41,799 bases of DNA. It comes from Macrostomum lignano. Taxonomy: Eukaryota. The notes beneath the pieces were generated by a model. It had not been told where the DNA came from. It saw only the letters and a program-made list of their open reading frames with translations, and did not search any database. A program made the translations under genes and the position numbers. Positions within the stretch are counted from its first letter, which is position 1. The number at the start of each line of letters is the position of its first letter. Positions 35,272 through 41,799 of the stretch are shown piece after piece. The stretch spans positions 1 to 41,799 of the forward strand of contig NIVC01004568.1 in the NCBI GenBank assembly GCA_002269645.1, read 5' to 3'.

Positions 35272-36774
35272 ACGCATCGAGCCGTCCCTCTTTTAAACAA
35301 TGGTGACGTTTGACACCCACTGAGTTGGTTCATCAACCTGGACAATGATTCCTTCTTTTTCGAGACGCTCTAGCTCGCACTTAAGCGGCTGATAGGCAGC
35401 AAATGGGACCTTCCGTGATGGCTGGACTTTTGGGACGGCATTTTCAGTCAACTGAATGCTTTACTGCTGTTTCATGCACCCAACACCCTTGAAAACGGTT
35501 GGATAGTCTGTAAAAAGTTAACTCGTAGTGATCTGAGACTTCTCTACTTGGTCAGGCTAGGTTGGCTCTTGTCTATGGCAAAAAGCTACTTGATGTGTTT
35601 TAGCTCGTGGAGCGCTGACCTCCAGCCTATTATTGGGTTGGAGTTTTCTCCGACAACTACGAACTGCAGCCTTTTGTTTTTCTGGCATGGTGAAGACACA
35701 GTCAGGTTATGTCAGTTCAACAACATCTAGCTGCTGTCTGTTTTATGTAGTGAGCGTCCATGTGGTGGGCTCGATTTTAGCCGATGGAGAAAAACGGGTT
35801 AGGCTGCGCAGTGGAATTACATTTACATCTGCTCCCGTGTCGACTATAAACTGAAGGGCTTTACCCGAATCTTCTGTTGACAGACTCACCATCATTGTTG
35901 AGTGGCCATGCAGAGGCTCAGCTTCCGGTGTCTCTACTGTGATTACTGTCGCTGGGTCTGGTTCTTGATCAAAGCCTGGCTTGTCATATTGATTTTTGTC
36001 TTTGAGTTCGTTGACCCTCTTGGAAGACCGGTACGCTGACGCAAAGGGATTTCAGTCGTCCACCGCCGCTGCACTTCTTTCCGTAGGCCGGGCACTTCCT
36101 CCGCTCGTGTTGCATAGAGCAGTAGCCACAGCTAGGCCTTGAAGTTGGACCTGAGGATCTAGCTGGTGCCTTGGTTCGGCCTTGGAGAGCGTCAACAGAC
36201 ACAGGAGGGGTGCTCGGCTGCCGTGAGCTATGGTCAGAGAACTCGCCTGTCGCTTTGACGTCTCTGAAGCCCTACCCATTTGAATAGCGCGGTTGAGAGT
36301 CAGGTTCGTCTCTCTCAGAAGTCTCTCTTTCAGTGCCGGATCGCTGACACCTACCATCGCTTACTAGTGCAATTGCCGGAACGTAATTGCACCTAGTAAC
36401 GAGCTGTCGAAGGAACTGATCGAAGTCCTCAGACTCAGCCTTAGTTCTGATTCTCAACAGGTAGCGATCGAAAGTTTCGTTGCAAAGCGGCTCGCAGTAG
36501 TCCTTGAATTGCTTGATTACGTCGTCGTAAGTATTCACCTCCTCTGCGTGAAATGTTGAATACACTTCTTGGCCTTCTGCTCCAAGTGCAGATTGCAGTA
36601 TTGCGATCTTAACCTCCTCGCTTTCGTCTGTCTTATTTATAGCCTTCATATAAAATTCCATCGCTTTGCTCCATCTTCTCCAATTGTCTGCTCGATTGGT
36701 ATCGAAAACCATCGGCTCTGGAGGCCTCAGTCCTTCCATTGCTTTGGTAGTAGAAAATAGAAAGTACTTTTATG

Positions 36775-36974
36775 CTTGCGACGCCATGTTACTCGTAGAT
36801 TATTGACAAGAGTCAGTGTGTAAGGTTAGTCAAGAACACTCATGGCTCAAACTAAACGTACACAAAGCCAATGCGCATAAATGAAGCATTTTAGCATTAT
36901 TGAATGAATGGATTGAGCTCTCACTAAAACCAAATCACCCGATACACTACTAATACACAATGCAATACACAACA
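36775..36974 (-). repeat. G1 5' LTR (36974-36787, 188 bp, TGTT...AACA) followed by PBS-like TGGCGTCGC
   Basis: The - strand reads TGTTGTGTATTGC...CTACGAGTAACA|TGGCGTCGCAAGC, then the gag ATG about 47 nt later. Confidence 0.8.
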
Positions 36975-38663
36975 GGCGGTGGTCCGTTCGTAGTGTAAAC
37001 CGCTTGCCGAGAAGAAATTGGCGGGCCCTCTACATCGCCCACACAATCGCAAGAGCCTCCCGCTCCATGTTGGAATAACGCGCCTCCGCCTGCGTCAATC
37101 GCCGGCTGAAGTATATGGCAGGGTGCCCTTCTTGAGTGAGCACGGCGGCCACGCCTTTTCACTGGCGTCTGTCGTTAGTAACGTTTCTTTGGCTCGGTCA
37201 TAGGGCTGGATGATCGGGCCGGAGCTTAGCAGCTTCTTCAGCTGGTGGAAGGCCGCTTCTTTCGCAGCTCCACATTCAAACTCCGCTCCCTTCTTGCGCA
37301 GCTGGTTCAAATGTTCGACAACGTGCGCAAAGTTGTTGACAAACCTTCCAAAGAAATTGCAGAGACCAAGGAAGGAGTCTAACTGGCGACGGTCGCGTGG
37401 CGCAGAGATCTCCATGATTTTGCTGACCAGGCCGGGGTCTGGCGATATTCCGTCTGCGCTGATTTTGTAGCCCAGGAACTTGACTGTCTTGGTCCCCAGG
37501 TTGGATTTGGCGAGATTTATATTCATGCCGGCTGCCTGCAGGGTCTTGATCACTTCATCAACTTTGTCTTTGAGACCTTCGGCAGATTGACCTCCGATCA
37601 GGATGTCGTCTTGATAAATAACCTTGCCGCTCACGTGCTCGAGGGTGGTTTCCATAGCCTTTTGAAAGATGGCGGATGCTGACTTGAGGCCGGGCACTAG
37701 TCGGGTGTAGCGAAAAAGCCCTAATGGAGTTGCAATCGTGGTGATCTCCCTGCTCTTCTCCTCGAGCTCGATCTGTAAGTAGGCGTCAGATAGGTCGAGG
37801 GTGGCAAAGTCAGTCAAACGAGAAGATCGTTTCAACGATTGGCATGGGGTAGGTGTCTCCGCACACCTGACGGTTCACCCCCGCCTTATAGTCAGCGCAA
37901 ATTCTGACATTTCCATTAAATTTTAGGCGGCAGACGATCGGGACGCCAACTTGCTGCCACCCTCCGTCACCGGCTCAATGATGCACTCCGGCACAATACG
38001 CTTCAACTCCTGATTGACGCGGTCGCGCAGGTGCAGCGGCACTGCTCTGGCCGCGCAGTAGAGAGGCTTGGCACCTTCGATCAGCTTAATCCTGGCCTTT
38101 CAGATAATTGAGGTGTTGCACCGCGGAACCTTGAGCACTGGCTGCCTGTCTGGGGCTCCAATCCAGATTGTCAAGACCCGGCAGTGGATGTGACTTGCAC
38201 GCCGCTGTGACCACCAAGTCGACTAGTCGACTGTGTGGAACTTTTCTAGGTTTTCCACGTGACAGTGAACTTTCCCAGGGTTTTTATGATCGATCCGTCG
38301 AACTGTCTCAGAATTCGCTTGGATTTCCTCAGTACTGGGTGGGCATCCGAGTGCCTCCCAGTGGCCCCGTGGAATGAGGCTCACATCGGCGCCCGTGTCT
38401 AACTGCATTTTCAATTCCTTTTCGTTGATTTTGACTTGCCAGAAGATGCCATTTCGCTCTCTGCGCTTTGGTCTAATAACAAAAACGTTTGCGGTGTCTC
38501 GCTACATCTCGGCGGCTTCACTCTCCTCCCAGGTCTTCAAATGCACGGTGCGAGACCTGCACACAGCTGCAAAGTGGTTCTTTTTGTTGCAGGCGGTGCA
38601 CCGCTTGCCGAACGCGGGGCATGCGCCTTGCTGGTGCAATATTGGTGTTGTGTCGTGACAAGG
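36975..38663 (-). mobile_element. Decayed Ty3/Gypsy fragment (G2): gag knuckle, protease, RT, RNase H; cut at TDHRP by G1
   Basis: Contains CPAFGKRCTACNKKNHFAAVC, MQLDTGADVSLI, ATLDLSDAYLQ...YTRLVPGLKSASAIFQ...IYQDDILI, SFLGLCNFF and TTDASEK. It ends QFLLGKRFTLRTDHR at the G1 LTR boundary. Confidence 0.94.
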
Positions 38664-40937
38664 GCCTAATAGTCTGACGTCTTTCTTCCTCAAACTGATG
38701 GAACGGCTGGTGCTCTGGCGCCTCCTCCTCGTAGAGCTGAGGAACTCCCGCTCTCTCCCAATCAGCACGCATTTCGTTCGGGACGCTCCATCGAAAGTGC
38801 GCTGTACGCCATTGTCGACAAGCTGGAGCGCGCCGTGCTTGGCAGTGGATACGCGCTGTCACTTTTCCTCGAAATTGATGGTGCTTTCAATAATGTGTTT
38901 TTTGAAGCCTTCAAGTGGGTTCTGGAATCCCGGGGCACGCACGAGCACCTTACCCGCTGGATCATGTACATGGTCTCCCACCTCACACCTCCTGGGACAC
39001 TCCCGCTCCGTGGAAGTTCAGAAAGGCGGACCGCAAGGTGGAGTCCTCAGCCCGATTCTCTGGAATTTAGTCATGGACGAGCTGCTTTGCAGCCCACATC
39101 CGGACCCAGTTCAGAAGGTCGGCTATGCAGACGATGTTACCGCCACTGTGGCTGGACATCACCCGCAGTCCTCAGGGACCTCCTTCAAGCCTTCATCCAT
39201 CGTGCCGAGCTGCGGTCTCAGGTTCTCTGAGTCTAAAACCGTGGCAATCATGTTCATTAGCCGCCGAAACTGGAGGATTAAACCGCTCTCCCTCTATGGC
39301 AAACCCATTGCCATGAAGAAGCAAACCAGATGTCTGGGCGTCACCCTCGACCACAGGTTGAGCTGGACCCCGCACGTCCAGATCAAAGCCCGCAAAGCTC
39401 TCGCGACTCTCGCACAGATCCGCAGAGCTTTATGCGCTACCTGAGGCCTCACCCCCGCCGCCTCTGGTGGATTTACACAGCAATTGTTAGACCGGCCATC
39501 TACTTCGCCGGCTTCATTTGGAACAGTGCCCTAGAGGGGAAAGGGGTTCTTGAGTTTCTAAATAGGGTTCAAGGCCGCGCTTTTCGAGCTATCATGAGCG
39601 CGGCTCCCTCCAAGCCCTTCACTGGCATGAACTCCTTCTTGGACATTCCCCCCTTGACCTCTTGTTAGAGGGGAGGCAATGAAAACCACCCGCCGTCTGC
39701 TTAACACGGGTGTCCCAATCCAGAAGCAGTTCGCCTTCAAAAAGCGGAACCTTCGGCCGCATGGCGACCTCAGCCTGCGAGACCTGGAGCAGCGAGAGGC
39801 CTGCTGACCCTCTCGGACGGAATCCCGTTCACGCTCTGCCCTCCGCTCAAATCAAAACCAGCATTCCACCACGTCATGAAGCAAGAGACAACTGGAAACC
39901 CCATGAAATCCACTGCTTCACTGACGGGTCCCAAATCAACTCCGGCTCTGGCTGCGGCTACTGCATCGTGTCTGGAGGGAGAACTGTGGCGAACTTCTCC
40001 CAACATACCGGCACCTGCTTTGCCGTCTTCCAGAACGATCAGCTCCTGCGCCATGGAGTTGTACAATCAGAGCGTCTGGGAGAAGGAGATTACCCTCCAC
40101 TCGGACAGTCAAGCGGCGATTCACGCCCTTGAGCGCACCACCACCTGCTCGCGTACAGTCCTCGACTGCATCGGGCAGCTCAACCGCTTAGGCGCCTCTA
40201 ACAATTGGTGTCCCTAAGGTGGATCCCTGGGCACTCGGGCCACCCCGGCAACGAGCTGGCTGATCGCCTGGCCAAGGCTGGCTCGACCGGTTCTTTTACT
40301 GGTCCCCTGCCCGTGGCCCCCACCCCCATCGCCGTTGTCATCACTCGGATCAACCAGTGGATGACTTCAAATCACAGGGAGAGGTGGGCTAACGCCCCCG
40401 ACTGCCGGCATTCCTGCGCGACTGTCCCATGTCCTTCCTCCGCCCTGCGCAGGGCCCTGCTTGGACTCAACCGCAGGGACATCAGGGCGGTGACCATGGC
40501 CCTCTCGGGTCATGGCTGTTTTGCCAGGCATCGCCACCTCCAGGGCAAAATCCGCAGTGAGGAATGCCCCTTCTGCCTCTCCGGTGTCGAGAATGCGGAG
40601 CACTTTATCTGTGAATGTCCCGCCTTTACATTCACAGACAAGCTCCGGGACAAGCTCACTTACATCGGCCCAAACCCAGACATCTCCGACGTTTTCAGGC
40701 CCGAGAATCTCTGCCAGCTCGTCCGCTACCTAAGGGCTACCAGGCGAGCGACAATCCACCTCCTGGACTCTCCTGAGGGGGACCCCGCTGCGGACACCGG
40801 CGCCACCGGAACTCCCTTCGTGACACCGCAGCACTAGCTGCCCGTGGTCGCCAGGGGTTAGCGAAATGGGCGGCAACGCCTCCTCGCTGTTTCCGGATGC
40901 ACAGAGCCCCCTGCAGCTAAGTCAAGAATTAAGTCAA
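38664..40937 (+). mobile_element. 5'-truncated non-LTR retrotransposon (R1/LOA/I-group-like) with RT, RNase H and C-terminal CCHC finger; 12-bp TSD
   Basis: RT: SLTSFFLKLMERL, QHAFRSGRS, GAFNNV, PQGGVLSPILWNLVMD, YADD, LGVTLD. RNase H: [35 protein letters not shown]: CPFC...AEHFICECP. Tail TAAGTCAAGAATTAAGTCAA(GTC). TSD GTCGTGACAAGG at 38652-38663 and 40938-40949. Several frameshifts and one TGA at 39442. Confidence 0.95.
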
Positions 40938-40994
40938 GTCGTGACAAGGAGCCCTTAACAGGGCCGTTTTACTAAAGCACAACAACCGGTCGCT

Positions 40995-41775
40995 GTAACA
41001 CCTGTTCTACATCGCGAAGCACGGCGACAAAATCGCAGGTCGAGACCTCATGAATAAGCTCGGTTTCCATGTTAGCCTCTCCGAGGACGTCAGCGAGGTG
41101 AACAGCGTCGTGGAGCAGCTGGAGGTGCGGTTCCCAGCGGCCTTTAGCGACCAGATCGGCTGCTGCAGCGGAGCCGTGCACAGGCCCGTCGTCGACTTCT
41201 CCGCGCCGCCAGTGCGCCAGCCTCTGCGTCGTCGACAGCTGGCCAAGCAGCAGCTGGTGGAGGCTGAGCTCGACAAGCTGGAGACGGCTGGCATCATCAA
41301 GCGAATCGACTCGAGTCGCTGGGTGTCAAAGCTGGTGACCATCACCAAAAATGACGGCAGCATCCGGGTCTGCGTCGACATCCGAGAGCCCAACAAGGCG
41401 GTGAAATGCGATCAACACCCGATGCCCCAACTGGACGACATTACTGCCAAGATCAAGGGAGCCAAAGGACAGATCTTCAGCAAGGTGGACCTGAAGGCCC
41501 GGCTACATGCAGATGGAGCTGCATGAGTCGTCGCGCGACCTGACAGCCTTCATCACGCACAATGGCCTATACAGGTACTGACAAGTGCCGTTCGGTTTGA
41601 CGTCAGCGCCTGCGGCGTTCCAGTGCATGCTCGACGATCTAGTGGCTGACATGGACGGCGTGGAGCACATTCTCGACGACTTCATCATCTTCGGCGCCAC
41701 CACGACGGAGCACGACCACTGTTTGGAGGCTCTACTGCGGCGACTCAGTGACAGGGGTTTGACGGTGAACAAGCA
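40995..41775 (+). mobile_element. Decayed Ty3/Gypsy pol fragment (G4): protease end + RT
   Basis: Contains AGRDLMNKLGF, RWVSKLVTITKNDGSIRVCVDIR, FSKVDLK, AFITHNGLYRY*QVPFGLTSAPAAFQ and HILDDFII. Frameshift at about 41498, stop at about 41579. The RT signal stops near 41770. Confidence 0.93.
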
Positions 41776-41799
41776 AAAATACCGCAGATCTAATTCTTT

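Larger units (their letters stand above)
31615..36974 (-). mobile_element. Near-complete decayed Ty3/Gypsy element (G1): 5' LTR, PBS, gag, protease, RT, RNase H, integrase; interrupted by a solo LTR; no matching 3' LTR found
   Basis: gag MEGLRPPEPMVFD...ADNWRRW (ATG 36739) with knuckles CGYCSMQHERRKCPAYGKKC. Protease VDTGADVNVI. RT EPTQWVSNVTIV, STLDANESFHQ, RVPYGL, FFDD. RNase H YAQIEKELLAI. Integrase HAGHPGI...YWPGM, VYVDSHSRW, SDGGPQF, RTETGQLLRRNRRFIRP. Many frameshifts. Confidence 0.95.

Overview
This is eukaryotic (animal) genomic DNA, not prokaryotic. I found no CRISPR array, rRNA or tRNA gene. Spliceosomal GT-AG introns, many K02A2.6-type Ty3/Gypsy relics and an RTE-like LINE 3' fragment suggest a repeat-rich invertebrate, plausibly a free-living flatworm such as Macrostomum (inference only). 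There are three host genes: (1) a 2-exon TLC-domain protein (TMEM136/TLCD5-like, - strand, 7052-8299); (2) a two-pore K+ channel (TWIK/KCNK1-like, + strand, 16680-17788) whose CDS has no introns but carries at least two frame breaks; (3) a fully reconstructable 10-exon, 616-aa vesicular glutamate transporter (VGLUT/EAT-4 type, - strand, 19788-29284). The rest is mostly mobile DNA: at least six Gypsy fragments, including a nested stack at 29.7-41.8 kb with a solo LTR and an RNase H-bearing LINE that both keep their target-site duplications; a four-copy direct/inverted repeat complex carrying an E-box/CCAAT/TATA promoter (1375-5292); several MITEs; and two minisatellites. The best novelty candidate is an array of five structurally conserved, covarying bulged-C hairpins on the - strand at 31.2-31.44 kb, between two Gypsy elements. 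All analysis was done by eye, without alignment or folding tools.
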